A stretch of DNA of 64,000 bases from an uncultured Anaerolineaceae bacterium (GTDB lineage Bacteria > Chloroflexota > Anaerolineae > Anaerolineales > Anaerolineaceae). The notes beneath the pieces were generated by a model. It was given only the letters and a program-made list of their open reading frames with translations, did not search any database and had not been told where the DNA came from. This document shows, in pieces, positions 9,725 to 19,434 of this stretch. The number at the start of each line of letters is the position of its first letter. The first letter of the stretch is position 1. A program made the position numbers and the translations under genes. The stretch covers positions 23,504 to 87,503 of the forward strand of contig CALGID010000001.1 of the NCBI GenBank assembly GCA_937915675.1. Reading direction: 5' to 3'.

Positions 9725-10967
9725 CGGCTTGCTCCCATTCCAGGACGATCTCGGTGCCCTCACCGGGCTGACTCTGGATTTCCAGTTCAGCGGCTATGGC
9801 TGTGGCGCGTTCGCGCAGGCCCCGCAGGCCAAACTGGTGCAGGGCGGCCTTTTCATGCGGGTCAAAGCCGCGGCCGTCGTCCTTGAGCACCAGGCGCAGT
9901 TTGCGGCCTTCCCAGCCCAGGTTCAGGCTCGCCAGGCTGGCTTCGGCGTGCCTGAAGATGTTCTCCGCGGCCTCCTGGGTGACGCGGTAGTAGGTTTGTT
10001 CCACCAGCGGCGGCAGGGTAACCTGACCCAGCCTGATCTCCACCTCAATGTTCACGCCAGTGCGTTCCGCCAGGTTGCGCATCGCTGCCCGCAGCGCTTC
10101 CTCCAGCCCAAGGTCGTCCAGGGGCTGCGAGCGCAGGTCCGCCAGGGCACGGCGGGTCTCTCCCAGGCCGTTGCGCACCGCGGAAAGCGAGTCGTTCAAC
10201 ATGGTTTGCAGCTGCTCATCCGCGGGAGGTACCAGGGTTTTCATCGCTTCCAGGTTCACGGCCGTGCCGCTGAGGGTGTGCGCCAGGGTATCGTGCAGCT
10301 CGCGGGCCAGGCGGTTGCGTTCCCGGCTGACGGCCAGGCGCTCCAGGGTTGCATTCATCTGGCCCAACTGTAGGTTGGCCTGCAGCAGCTGGCGTTTTTG
10401 GGCCCGCTGGGCTTGCATCAGCGAGGAAATGATATTGGCCACCGAGCCAAAGGCGAAGGCGCGCACCACCGGCAGGCCCAGGATGGGCAATATCTCCAGA
10501 TTGATGCGCTTGAAGACCAGCAAGCTCACGCTGATCTCCAGCGCCGTGGTAAACACGGTATAGATGAGGGCCGGACGAAAGCCGTATTGCCAGGCCAACA
10601 CCACCAGCACCACGATCTGTACCGGCATCAAAGACCAGGAGCGGGCGATGTAGAGGTATCGGTCCGGCGAGGACTCCAGCAGGTACATTAGGCTGCTGGT
10701 CATGCTGGCCAAGGTATAGGCGGCCAGCCCGATCGGCAAATAATAGCGCTTAAGTTTGCGTTCCAGAACTGGCAGGCTGAGGTAGGCAAAAAGGCCCGCG
10801 TTGGCGATCAGGTTGATCCAGGCCTGCACCTCCAGGGAAAAATTTCGTCCCATCGTGAGAAAGCCGTAAGCCCAGAGCAGGCAGAAGTAGATAAAGGCCA
10901 CGCCGCTGAAGTAGCGCAGCATCTTGATCAATCCCGGTTCCAGCGGACGCTGCAGATACCTGAACAT
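9702..10967 (-). CDS. Sensor histidine kinase, HisKA_3 class, with a polytopic N-terminal membrane domain
   Basis: About 190 aa of TM helices, then the H-box ERNRLARELHDTLAHTLS and an HATPase region (LVLKDDGRGFDP...GLRGLRERA). Confidence 0.9.
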   Translation of the reverse strand: MFRYLQRPLEPGLIKMLRYFSGVAFIYFCLLWAYGFLTMGRNFSLEVQAWINLIANAGLFAYLSLPVLERKLKRYYLPIGLAAYTLASMTSSLMYLLESSPDRYLYIARSWSLMPVQIVVLVVLAWQYGFRPALIYTVFTTALEISVSLLVFKRINLEILPILGLPVVRAFAFGSVANIISSLMQAQRAQKRQLLQANLQLGQMNATLERLAVSRERNRLARELHDTLAHTLSGTAVNLEAMKTLVPPADEQLQTMLNDSLSAVRNGLGETRRALADLRSQPLDDLGLEEALRAAMRNLAERTGVNIEVEIRLGQVTLPPLVEQTYYRVTQEAAENIFRHAEASLASLNLGWEGRKLRLVLKDDGRGFDPHEKAALHQFGLRGLRERATAIAAELEIQSQPGEGTEIVLEWEQADETPLDL

Positions 10968-11019
10968 AAAAAAATATTACCACCGTTGCACATCGGGGCG
11001 GCAGGGTAGCTGGCGGATA

Positions 11020-11046
11020 TGACATTTGTCACTGGTTTTAGTGACA
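11020..11046. promoter_or_regulatory. Candidate operator: overlapping palindromes TGACA-TT-TGTCA and TGTCACT-N6-AGTGACA in the divergent intergenic region
   Basis: Read directly from the sequence. It lies between the kinase start (10967) and the ABC-2 operon start (11123). NarL/LuxR-type regulators commonly bind inverted heptamers. Confidence 0.3.
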
Positions 11047-11122
11047 GCTGCTGGGCGGGAAACGGATTGCCGGCACTTGTGGCAGCGCGCGGCCTTTCCT
11101 ATAGTTAGGCCTGGAGAAAAAC

Positions 11123-12067
11123 ATGATGATCCAAACCCAGGCGCTTATTAAGCGCTACAACGGGCAAAAACAGAACGCGCTGAAAAACCTGGCCTTTAGC
11201 GTGCCCCAGAGCAGTCTCTACGGGCTGGTGGGGCCGGATGGCGCGGGTAAAACCACCTTGCTGCGTATTTTGGCTGGCGTTCTGCCCCCTACCAGCGGCA
11301 GCGTAAGCATCGCGGGCTTTAAAGTGGGTAAGGAGGCGGCCAGGATCCGCCCCTTGATGGGCTACATGCCTCAGGAATTCAGCCAATATCCGGACCTAAG
11401 CCTGGAAGAAAACCTGGACTTTTTTGCCCAGATCCAGCACGTACCCCGGGAGAAAAGGGCTGGCCGCATCCGCACATTGCTGGAATTCACCCAATTGGCG
11501 CCCTTTGCCAAACGCCGGGCTGGCAAGCTCTCCGGCGGGATGAAGAAAAAGTTGGCCCTGGCCTGCGCCATGGTGCATGAACCCCGGCTTTTGATCCTGG
11601 ATGAGCCCTCAACGGGTGTAGATCCTGTGAGCCGGCGCGAATTATGGGCTCTTTTGGGCCAGGTAGTCCAGGAGGGTGTGACCGTGCTGCTTTCCACCCC
11701 CTACATGGACGAAGCCGAGCGCTGCAGTCAGGTGAGCATGCTTTACGAAGGCCAGCTGCTGGTAAGCGGCGCGCCAAGCCAGATCACCCAGGCTTTGCCC
11801 TTCGAGATCCTGGAAGTAAAGGCCAAGCCCCGCAAACTGATGCGCTCCGTGGCGGATGAAACAGATGGCATTCTGGACTGGTATCCGGTGGGGGATTCGT
11901 TGCGCGTAGCCACTAAAGGCAATGGGTCTCAGGGGGCAATTCAGCAGAAGCTGGAAGCAGCTTACGCCGCCACTGGCGCTCAGGTGCTCAGCCTGCGCCC
12001 CGCGCGTAAAACGATGGAAGACGCTTTTGTCTACTACCTGCGCGAAGAGGAGGCCCCCAATGGCTGA
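11123..12067 (+). CDS. ABC-2-type transporter ATP-binding protein 1
   Basis: Walker A GPDGAGKTT, signature LSGGMKKKLALACAM, Walker B LILDEPSTGVD. Confidence 0.92.
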   Translation: MMIQTQALIKRYNGQKQNALKNLAFSVPQSSLYGLVGPDGAGKTTLLRILAGVLPPTSGSVSIAGFKVGKEAARIRPLMGYMPQEFSQYPDLSLEENLDFFAQIQHVPREKRAGRIRTLLEFTQLAPFAKRRAGKLSGGMKKKLALACAMVHEPRLLILDEPSTGVDPVSRRELWALLGQVVQEGVTVLLSTPYMDEAERCSQVSMLYEGQLLVSGAPSQITQALPFEILEVKAKPRKLMRSVADETDGILDWYPVGDSLRVATKGNGSQGAIQQKLEAAYAATGAQVLSLRPARKTMEDAFVYYLREEEAPNG

Positions 12068-13001
12068 TGCCGTTCAGGTCGATGCCTTATCCCGCAGCTT
12101 TGGCAGCTTTAAGGCGGTGGACCAGGTTTCCTTCACTATTCCTGAAGGCGAGATTTTTGGCTTGCTTGGCCCGAATGGGGCGGGGAAAACCACCACCATC
12201 CGCATGCTCTGCGGTCTCTTGCTGCCATCCAGCGGTTCGGCCAGGGTACTCGGCTACGATATCCGCAAAGAGCCGGAGGAGATCAAAAAGCGCATCGGCT
12301 ACATGTCCCAGAAGTTTTCACTTTACAACGATCTAAGCCCGGCGGAGAACCTGGCTTTCTATGCTTCCATCTATGGCTTGCGTGGGCATGCACAGCGCGG
12401 CCGCGTTGAGGAATTGTTGGAACTCTCCAAATTGCAGGAGATGCGCAACCGCCTCACCCGCAATCTTTCAGGCGCCTGGCGCCAGCGCCTGGCCCTGGTT
12501 TGCGCCATCGTGCACAAGCCGCGCATGATCTTCCTGGATGAAGCAACTGCCGGGGTGGACCCGGTGAGCCGGCGCAGCTTTTGGGACCTGATCTACCAGT
12601 TGGCCGGGCAGGGGGTGGGGGTGCTGGCCACCACCCACTACATGGATGAGGCCGACTACTGCAACACGATCGGCATGATGTACCAGGGCCGCTTGACCGC
12701 CCTGGCAACGCCGGACGAGATCAAAGACAGCCTCCCCGGCACCCTGGTGGAGTGGTACTCCGAGGAACCCGGCAAGGTCTACGACCTGTTGGTTAAGGAC
12801 CCGCGGGTGATCAACGCCAGCATCCATGGCGTTCAGGTGCACGCCGCCCTGCAAAACGCGGAGGACCAGGATGCCCTTGAAGAAAAAATGCGCCAGGCGG
12901 GTTTTTGCTTGGACCCCGGAATGGTCATCCAACCCTCCTTGGAAGATGCCTTTACCGCCATCGTCAGCCAGGAACGCCCGCAAGAAAAGGAAGCCCTATG
13001 A
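12060..13001 (+). CDS. ABC-2-type transporter ATP-binding protein 2
   Basis: Walker A GPNGAGKTT, signature LSGAWRQRLALVCAI, Walker B IFLDEATAGVD. Start set at ATG 12060 (MADAVQVDAL), overlapping the previous stop. The longer 11922 start lies inside the upstream gene. Confidence 0.9.
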   Translation: MADAVQVDALSRSFGSFKAVDQVSFTIPEGEIFGLLGPNGAGKTTTIRMLCGLLLPSSGSARVLGYDIRKEPEEIKKRIGYMSQKFSLYNDLSPAENLAFYASIYGLRGHAQRGRVEELLELSKLQEMRNRLTRNLSGAWRQRLALVCAIVHKPRMIFLDEATAGVDPVSRRSFWDLIYQLAGQGVGVLATTHYMDEADYCNTIGMMYQGRLTALATPDEIKDSLPGTLVEWYSEEPGKVYDLLVKDPRVINASIHGVQVHAALQNAEDQDALEEKMRQAGFCLDPGMVIQPSLEDAFTAIVSQERPQEKEAL

Positions 13002-14131
13002 ACAGGATTTGGACGATCATGAAAAAGGAGCTGCTGCACATATGGCGCGACCCGCGCACGATGGTGCTCATTGTTGGCTTGCCGGCCATCCTGCTGCTCC
13101 TGCTCGGTTACGGCATCTCCGGAGACAGCTTGAACATCAGCATGGGCGTGGTAGATATGAGCAAAAGCGATGCCAGCCGCGCCTTTGTGCAGCGCTTTAC
13201 CGCCAGCCAGGACTTTAATTTGCGTTACGAAGCCCTCAGCGAGGCTGAGCTGCAAACCCTGATCGAGATCGACGAAGTGGATGTGGGCATCCTGATCCCC
13301 GAAAGCTTCAGTCGCGACTTGCTGGCCGGGAACCAGGTACGCGTGCAGATCCTGGTGGACGGCAGCGCCAACCCCACCGATTCGATGACCATCCAGCTTA
13401 AACTGGCTTCGATCGCCTCGATGGCCTCGCAGGACATCCTCCTGGAACAGTACAAGCTGGCGGCCTTGGGCCAAAAGCTGGCCATGCCCATCGATGCCAA
13501 TGTGCGTACGCTCTATAACCCCAGCAGCAGTTCCACGCTGTACATGATCCCGGGGCTCATCCCCATTATTTTGCAGGTGCAAACCCTGCTTCTTGCTTCG
13601 CTGGCCATCGTGCGCGAGCGTGAACAGGGCACCATGGAACAGCTGATCGTTACACCCATCAAAACCTGGGAGCTGATGCTCGGCAAGATCATCCCCTACC
13701 TCTTCATCTGCATCATAGACCTCTTGATGATGCTGGCCCTGGGCGAGTGGCTTTTCAACGTGAGCGTCCGCGGCAACTTCGGCCAGCTGATGGGCCTGAG
13801 CGTGATTTTCATCCTGGGCTCTTTGGGCATGGGTGTGCTCATCTCCAATATCTCCCAGTCGCAGATGCAGGCGGTTTACATTTCGGTCTTTGTGGTCATC
13901 ATCCCGGCCATCATCCTTTCCGGCCTGATGTTCAGCCGCGAGAGCATGCCATCGGTTACCTACTGGTACAGCGAGCTCCTGCCGGTCACCCAGTACTTGG
14001 AAATAACGCGGGGCATCATCGTGCGCGGCACGAATGCCGATACGCTTTTGTATACATCCACCATCCCCATGGTGGCGATGAGCATATTTTATTTTGTGGC
14101 TTCCATCTTCGCCTTTCGGAAGCACATTTAA
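12998..14131 (+). CDS. ABC-2-type transporter permease
   Basis: Start at ATG 12998 (MNRIWTIMKKELLHIWRDPRT) with an ATGA overlap to the previous stop. N-terminal TM, a large extracytoplasmic loop, then a C-terminal cluster of TM helices typical of the ABC-2 family. Confidence 0.85.
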   Translation: MNRIWTIMKKELLHIWRDPRTMVLIVGLPAILLLLLGYGISGDSLNISMGVVDMSKSDASRAFVQRFTASQDFNLRYEALSEAELQTLIEIDEVDVGILIPESFSRDLLAGNQVRVQILVDGSANPTDSMTIQLKLASIASMASQDILLEQYKLAALGQKLAMPIDANVRTLYNPSSSSTLYMIPGLIPIILQVQTLLLASLAIVREREQGTMEQLIVTPIKTWELMLGKIIPYLFICIIDLLMMLALGEWLFNVSVRGNFGQLMGLSVIFILGSLGMGVLISNISQSQMQAVYISVFVVIIPAIILSGLMFSRESMPSVTYWYSELLPVTQYLEITRGIIVRGTNADTLLYTSTIPMVAMSIFYFVASIFAFRKHI

Positions 14132-14142
14132 TGGAGGAAGTT

Positions 14143-15462
14143 ATGCGGAAAAATGGGTTGATTCTGATCGTATTCGTCTTGAGTGCCAGTTTGCTTCTGG
14201 CTGCCTGCCAGCCGGCCGATGCCAATGGGCTTAAGGCCACCGGTTATCTGACGGCCAGGGAAGTGAAAGTAGCCCCGGAACTGGCCGGCAAAGTGATCGA
14301 GGTCCTTGTGAGCGAGGGCGATGAAGTGCAGACAGGCGAAATACTATTGCGTCTGGACGATGAAGTCCTGCTGGCCCAAAAGGCTCAGGCCCAGGCCGCA
14401 GTGGACTCTGCAAAGGCTGCGCTGGCTGCGGCGGAAACACAGGTGGGATACGCCCGCAGTCAGCGCGACCTGGCCTTGCAAGGCGCGCGCCTGCAGGACA
14501 TGCAAAGCCGCCTTGGCGCCTGGGCTACCCCCATGCCCGATGACTATCGCCCGGCCTGGTACTTTCAGAAAAGCGAGCAGCTGGCCGCTGCCCATAAAGC
14601 CCTTAGCAACGCCCGCGTGGAAGTGGATGAGAAGACAGAGGCCCTGGATAAAGTGCTCAAGGATAGCAGCAACCGAAACTTTGTTGACATTGAAAAGCGC
14701 CTCATCGATGCCCAAACTGCCTGGGACCAGGCCAAGGCCGCGCTGAAGAAGGCCGAGACCGCCCGTGATGAAGACCTCACGAAAGCCGCCGAGGACGCCG
14801 CCGACCTGGCTGAATCCAATTTTGATTTGGCGCTCAAGGCTTATGATGGCGCGCTGAACGACCGCGATGCCCAGGCCGTGAACAAGGCCCGTGCTGAGTT
14901 GGCCGTAGCCCGTGCCGCCGCGGATAGCGCTCAGGACCACCTCTCCAGCCTGGAGGTGGGGGACGATTCCACGCAGGTGGAGGTGGCGCTTGCCGGCCTG
15001 GAACAAGCCCAGGCAGCCGTAGAGCAAGCCAAAGCCGGCCAGGCCCAGGCTGAAGCGGCCCTGAGTTTGCTGGAATTGCAGTTGGCCCGCGCGGAGCTTA
15101 AAGCACCCATTGGCGGCACCGTGATGAACCTGGCTGTCCGCCAGGGAGAACTGACCGCCGCCGGCGCGCCTTTGGTGAGTTTGGCCCCCCTCTCGGACCT
15201 GGAGTTGGTGGTTTACCTGCCGGAGGACCGCTACGGCAAGGTACAGTTGGGCGATAGCGTGGACATCCGGGTGGATTCTTATTCCGGTGAAACCTTTAAG
15301 GGCACAGTGCTCAAGATAGCAGATTCAGCTCAGTTCACACCGCGCAATGTGCAAACCGTGGAAGGCCGCGGCTCGTCGGTGTATGCCGTAACCCTGGCAG
15401 TTGCCAACCCCAGCTTGAAGCTCAAACCCGGCATGCCCGCGGATGTGGATTTTAGGAAATAG
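14143..15462 (+). CDS. HlyD-family membrane-fusion/periplasmic adaptor lipoprotein
   Basis: MRKNGLILIVFVLSASLLLAAC lipobox. Long Ala/Gln/Glu-rich coiled-coil centre. C-terminal beta-barrel motif (APIGGTVMNL...PGMPADVDF). GGAGG lies 5 nt upstream of ATG 14143. Confidence 0.85.
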   Translation: MRKNGLILIVFVLSASLLLAACQPADANGLKATGYLTAREVKVAPELAGKVIEVLVSEGDEVQTGEILLRLDDEVLLAQKAQAQAAVDSAKAALAAAETQVGYARSQRDLALQGARLQDMQSRLGAWATPMPDDYRPAWYFQKSEQLAAAHKALSNARVEVDEKTEALDKVLKDSSNRNFVDIEKRLIDAQTAWDQAKAALKKAETARDEDLTKAAEDAADLAESNFDLALKAYDGALNDRDAQAVNKARAELAVARAAADSAQDHLSSLEVGDDSTQVEVALAGLEQAQAAVEQAKAGQAQAEAALSLLELQLARAELKAPIGGTVMNLAVRQGELTAAGAPLVSLAPLSDLELVVYLPEDRYGKVQLGDSVDIRVDSYSGETFKGTVLKIADSAQFTPRNVQTVEGRGSSVYAVTLAVANPSLKLKPGMPADVDFRK

Positions 15463-15729
15463 ACCAACAATTGCTTTTCTCATAAGCAACACCGGTCAAA
15501 ATGAACTCAGCTGTTTCCTATATGGTTAACAGAGTGGGAAGGTGATCCAGCAGACTGAAGGATTCCGAAGGCCCCACATTTGGCGAAGCCTTCAATACTG
15601 ACTGAATGGGCCATACCGGCCTGAACCGCGGGGGCATTCAGTACAAATCAGCCTCCCCGGTGCATTTTCCAACGCAAGCTGCCAGCGCGGGCTATACTTA
15701 AGCGGTTAATTCATACGGAGGAGACTACA

Positions 15730-17184
15730 GTGAAGCAAGAACTGGAAAAGGAAATCGCCAAGATTCAAGACCGCGGCGCCGCCTACGTAGACGCGCGTTA
15801 TTACCCGTACGAGGAATCCAACACGCTCTACATGTGGAACGGCAACCTCAAGGAACTCAACAACTCCTGGCAGAGCGGGGTGGGCGTCCGGGTACTTTAC
15901 AAAGGCGCCTGGGGCTTCGCCGCCAGCTCGGACCTGGGCAGGGTGGGCAATATCTTCGAAAAAGCCCTCGATAACGCCAGGGTTGCCGCCGAGCGCGTTA
16001 CTTTTCCCGTGCGCCTCGCCGAGAAGGACGCCCTGCAGGCCAGCTTCAACAGCCCTAACGCCATCGACCCCTTCAGCATCGGCCTGGACGAGAAGGTTGC
16101 CTTCCTGCAAAAGATGGACTCAGCCCTGGCCCAGGAAGGCGTTGCCCAGCGCAGCGCCTGGATGCAATTCATGAAGAAGCAGATCGTCTTCCTGGATTCG
16201 GAGGGCAGCGAGATCGAAAAGAATATCATCGAAGTCTTCCCCGGTCTGGAAGTAAGCGGCCTGGATAAAGATGGCGGCATGCAGTCCCGCAAATGGCTGC
16301 CCCCTCGCCAAGGCGCCACCCGCGGCTGGGAAACCATCAACGAAGCCGAGTTCCTGGAAAACGCCCAGCGCATCCTGCGCGAACTGAGCGAACTGCAGCA
16401 GGCAGAGGATTGCCCCAAGGACCAGCGCTCAGTCATTTTGCTCCCGGGCATCATGTACCTGCAAACCCACGAGACCATCGGCCACGCCTTGGAGCTGGAC
16501 CGCATCCTGGGCTACGAGCTCAGTTTTGCCGGCGGTTCCTTTGTGCGACTGGAGGATTTTGGCCGCCTGCGCTACGGCAGCGAAAAACTGACCGCCCGGG
16601 CCAACGCCACCGAGCCCAACAGCCCCGGCAGTTTTGGCTACGATGATGACGGCGTGCCCGCCCAGGATAACCTCCTGATCGATCAGGGCATTTTGGTCGG
16701 CGCGATCAACAGCCGCCAGATGGTGGAAGAAGCCAACGCCAAAGCCAAACGCCAGATCTTCGCAGGCAGCAGCGGCGCCAACCGGGCCACCGCTTTCTAC
16801 CGCGTCCCCATCGAACGCATGACCAATATCAACATCGATCCGGGCACGGATGGCAGCCTGGAAGACATCATCGCCAATACGGAACACGGCGTGGTGCTGG
16901 ACGGCGATAAAAGCTGGAGTATCGGCAGCAACCGCGAACAATTCCATTTCGCCACCGATATCGGCTGGCGCGTAGAGGACGGCAAGGTGACCGGCGTGGT
17001 CAAGAACGCCACCTACAAGGGCGACACCGTACCCTTTTACAACTCGCTCTCGATGGTGGGCGATGCAAGCACCTGGCAACTGATGTACGTGGATAACTGC
17101 GGCAAGGGTGCCCCGGGCCAGGTGATGCAGTTGGGCCACGGTATACCCGTCTGCCGCTTTGACAACGTAACGGTGGGAGAGTAA
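15730..17184 (+). CDS. tldD: TldD-family metalloprotease (peptidase U62)
   Basis: 484 aa with the HExxxH motif HETIGHALE. GTG start 6 nt after GGAGGAG. Paired with a PmbA-like gene. Confidence 0.85.
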   Translation: MKQELEKEIAKIQDRGAAYVDARYYPYEESNTLYMWNGNLKELNNSWQSGVGVRVLYKGAWGFAASSDLGRVGNIFEKALDNARVAAERVTFPVRLAEKDALQASFNSPNAIDPFSIGLDEKVAFLQKMDSALAQEGVAQRSAWMQFMKKQIVFLDSEGSEIEKNIIEVFPGLEVSGLDKDGGMQSRKWLPPRQGATRGWETINEAEFLENAQRILRELSELQQAEDCPKDQRSVILLPGIMYLQTHETIGHALELDRILGYELSFAGGSFVRLEDFGRLRYGSEKLTARANATEPNSPGSFGYDDDGVPAQDNLLIDQGILVGAINSRQMVEEANAKAKRQIFAGSSGANRATAFYRVPIERMTNINIDPGTDGSLEDIIANTEHGVVLDGDKSWSIGSNREQFHFATDIGWRVEDGKVTGVVKNATYKGDTVPFYNSLSMVGDASTWQLMYVDNCGKGAPGQVMQLGHGIPVCRFDNVTVGE

Positions 17185-18572
17185 TGATGGAAAAAGCAAC
17201 GATTGCCCTCTTGAAGGACCTGCGCGCTTACGCCCTCAATAAGGGCCTGACCGCCGTGATCCGCTACCATGCGGAGCGCAGCCACCTGATGCGCTTTGCC
17301 AACAGCGCCATCTCCCTGAACACCAGCGAGGACCTGACACGCTTTGAGATCTACGTGTACGATGGCCGCCGGCGGGCAAATTACAGCCTCATTGCGGACC
17401 CCTCCAACCTGGAAGCCCTGCACCGCGGGATCGATACGGCCGCCGATATGGTCAGGCATGCCCAAGCCCTCTCTTACGAGCCCAGCGTGGCGGAATACAA
17501 GGAAGACGTTGTTGACACCCGCGCTTACGACCCCGCTTTGGCAGCCTTGACCAACGCGGAATGCCTGGCTTACTTCAATCAGGCCGCGGCAGGTTTGGAA
17601 AACGCTGACCTGCAGCTCAGCGGTAACTTCATGAACGGCGAAACTTTTACCGCCCAAATCAGCACCCTGTCCGAACACACCCAATTTTTCGCCAGCACGG
17701 ACGCTCAGATCACTGTAGTGATCTCGTCCCTCTCCCAAAAATGGGAAGTGAATGGGGAGCGCAGCGCCCAAAAAGCCAGCGACCTCGATGCCGCGGACCT
17801 GCATGCCAACCTGGCTTTCCTGGTAGATAAGTACCGGAATTGCCCGCCCGTGCAGCTGCCCTTGGGCAAGTACCGCATCGTGCTGGGGCCAGCCGCCACG
17901 GCTGAGCTGCTTAATTTCATGACCTGGATCGGCCCGAATGGGGCTGCGCTCAAGCGCGGTTATTCCTTCTTAAAGGAAGAGGATCAAGGCAAGCAGATCT
18001 TCTCCCGGCAATTTACCCTTACGGATGACCCGTGTGAAGCCCAGCTTTTTGCCCAAAGCCACGATGAAAGCGGCCTGCGCCGCCAACGTTTTGCCTTTTT
18101 TGACGCAGGCATCTTCAAGGATTTTATTTGGGATCAGGATACCGCGGACGAGTTCGATAAAACCCCAACCGGTCACGATGTGATGCATGGTTCCCTGGTG
18201 CTCGAGGGCGGCCAGCAGGATTGCGGCAGCCTGGAGGCATTGGCAGCCCTGGCCAAAGACCAGGACATTCTCTACGTGCCCTACATCCACTATATGAACG
18301 CAGTGAACCCCAGCAAAGGCCTGCTCACTGGCAGCAGCCGTTTTGGCGCCTTGTTTTTCAAGCGCGATGGCAGCATCGAAGTGCCCTACAACGTCCGCCT
18401 CACCCACAGCTTCCAGGACTTTTTTGGCGATCAACTGGCCTGGATGAGCCGGCAGCAAGCGGTCTACAATGCCAGCGCCTCCTACGAGCGCCGCAATCCC
18501 ACCGCCTTTTTGCTGCCGCGCTTTGTCTGCGTGGATGGTTTGGAGGTATCGCACTCAAATAGCAGTTACTAG
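17184..18572 (+). CDS. pmbA: PmbA/TldE-family protein (peptidase U62 partner subunit)
   Basis: 462 aa. Start overlaps the tldD stop (TAATGATGG). Family resemblance and the canonical tldD-pmbA pairing. Confidence 0.75.
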   Translation: MMEKATIALLKDLRAYALNKGLTAVIRYHAERSHLMRFANSAISLNTSEDLTRFEIYVYDGRRRANYSLIADPSNLEALHRGIDTAADMVRHAQALSYEPSVAEYKEDVVDTRAYDPALAALTNAECLAYFNQAAAGLENADLQLSGNFMNGETFTAQISTLSEHTQFFASTDAQITVVISSLSQKWEVNGERSAQKASDLDAADLHANLAFLVDKYRNCPPVQLPLGKYRIVLGPAATAELLNFMTWIGPNGAALKRGYSFLKEEDQGKQIFSRQFTLTDDPCEAQLFAQSHDESGLRRQRFAFFDAGIFKDFIWDQDTADEFDKTPTGHDVMHGSLVLEGGQQDCGSLEALAALAKDQDILYVPYIHYMNAVNPSKGLLTGSSRFGALFFKRDGSIEVPYNVRLTHSFQDFFGDQLAWMSRQQAVYNASASYERRNPTAFLLPRFVCVDGLEVSHSNSSY

Positions 18573-18650
18573 GACGTCCGGTTTAATCCTGACCGGGGTA
18601 AGCCCCCCGCCCTGAACTGCAAAGGAACGGATAGAAAAAGGAATTGAATA

Positions 18651-19337
18651 ATGCAGAATGAAAATAACGAGTTCACTCGCCTGATCTTTGTACGCCATGG
18701 GCAAATCGATTCGAATACGGCCAATAAAATGGCTGTTTTGGATGAGGAGCCCCTGAACGCCAAAGGTATCGGGCAGGTTGAACTGGCCGCCCAGCGCCTT
18801 GCCCGCGAGTTTGAACCCAATATCCTGCTTTGCAGTCCTGTATATCGCGCGCGGCAAAGCGCGGAAATCGTCAGCGCGGCAACCGGCCTGCCCGCCCAAG
18901 AGCTCGCGGACTTGAGCGAGATTGACTTTGGGTCGCTTTCGGGGCTTACATTCCCAGAGATCTCCGAACGCTTCCCCCAAAAGTACGCGGAGCTGCGGGC
19001 CTTTGTGGAAACCCCTGACCAAAGCCAGGTAGAGCGGCCCCAGTTCCCGGATGGGGAAACTTACGCGCAGATCACAGCCAGGGTCCAGCGTCTCACCCAG
19101 CGCGTGCTGGCGGAATGGCCAGGCAAAACCCTGGTTGCCGTAGCCCATGGGGGCATCATTAAATGCGCGCTGATGCTCTATGCTGGGGGCAGCTTTTCCC
19201 GCAGTGTGCCCTTTGCCATCGATAATGCCAGTTTAAGTGTGGTGGATTTTTATCGCGGCAAGCCCATGATCCGCCTGGTGAACGATATCAGCCATCTGGG
19301 AACAAAACTCAAGTACGTTAAAACCCGCCTGCTATAA
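18651..19337 (+). CDS. Histidine phosphatase family protein (phosphoglycerate-mutase-like)
   Basis: RHG motif LIFVRHGQIDSN and a second catalytic His region VAVAHGGIIK. Confidence 0.85.
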   Translation: MQNENNEFTRLIFVRHGQIDSNTANKMAVLDEEPLNAKGIGQVELAAQRLAREFEPNILLCSPVYRARQSAEIVSAATGLPAQELADLSEIDFGSLSGLTFPEISERFPQKYAELRAFVETPDQSQVERPQFPDGETYAQITARVQRLTQRVLAEWPGKTLVAVAHGGIIKCALMLYAGGSFSRSVPFAIDNASLSVVDFYRGKPMIRLVNDISHLGTKLKYVKTRLL

Positions 19338-19392
19338 ACCCCGATGGTCAGGCAGGGACGCCTGAGCCCATTCTTATCTACTTAATTAAAGG

Positions 19393-19420
19393 AAGAGGCA
19401 CGCTTGATAGCGTGCCTCTT
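19393..19420. terminator. Stem-loop between convergent genes (possible bidirectional terminator)
   Basis: AAGAGGCACGC-TTGATA-GCGTGCCTCTT, an 11-bp perfect stem followed by TGATCTT on the plus strand. Confidence 0.5.
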
Positions 19421-19434
19421 TGATCTTCTAACGC

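Noticed and set aside
12833-14125. 430-aa ORF on the minus strand
   Set aside because: It is the antisense shadow of the ABC-2 permease gene in GC-rich DNA. It is His/Asp/Gln/Gly-rich and low in complexity, with no motifs. The sense gene has clear TM architecture and translational coupling.
13747-14142. Long N-terminal extension of the HlyD ORF (track ORF 13747..15462)
   Set aside because: The extension lies entirely within the permease gene in another frame. GGAGG-N5-ATG at 14143 yields a proper lipoprotein signal peptide.
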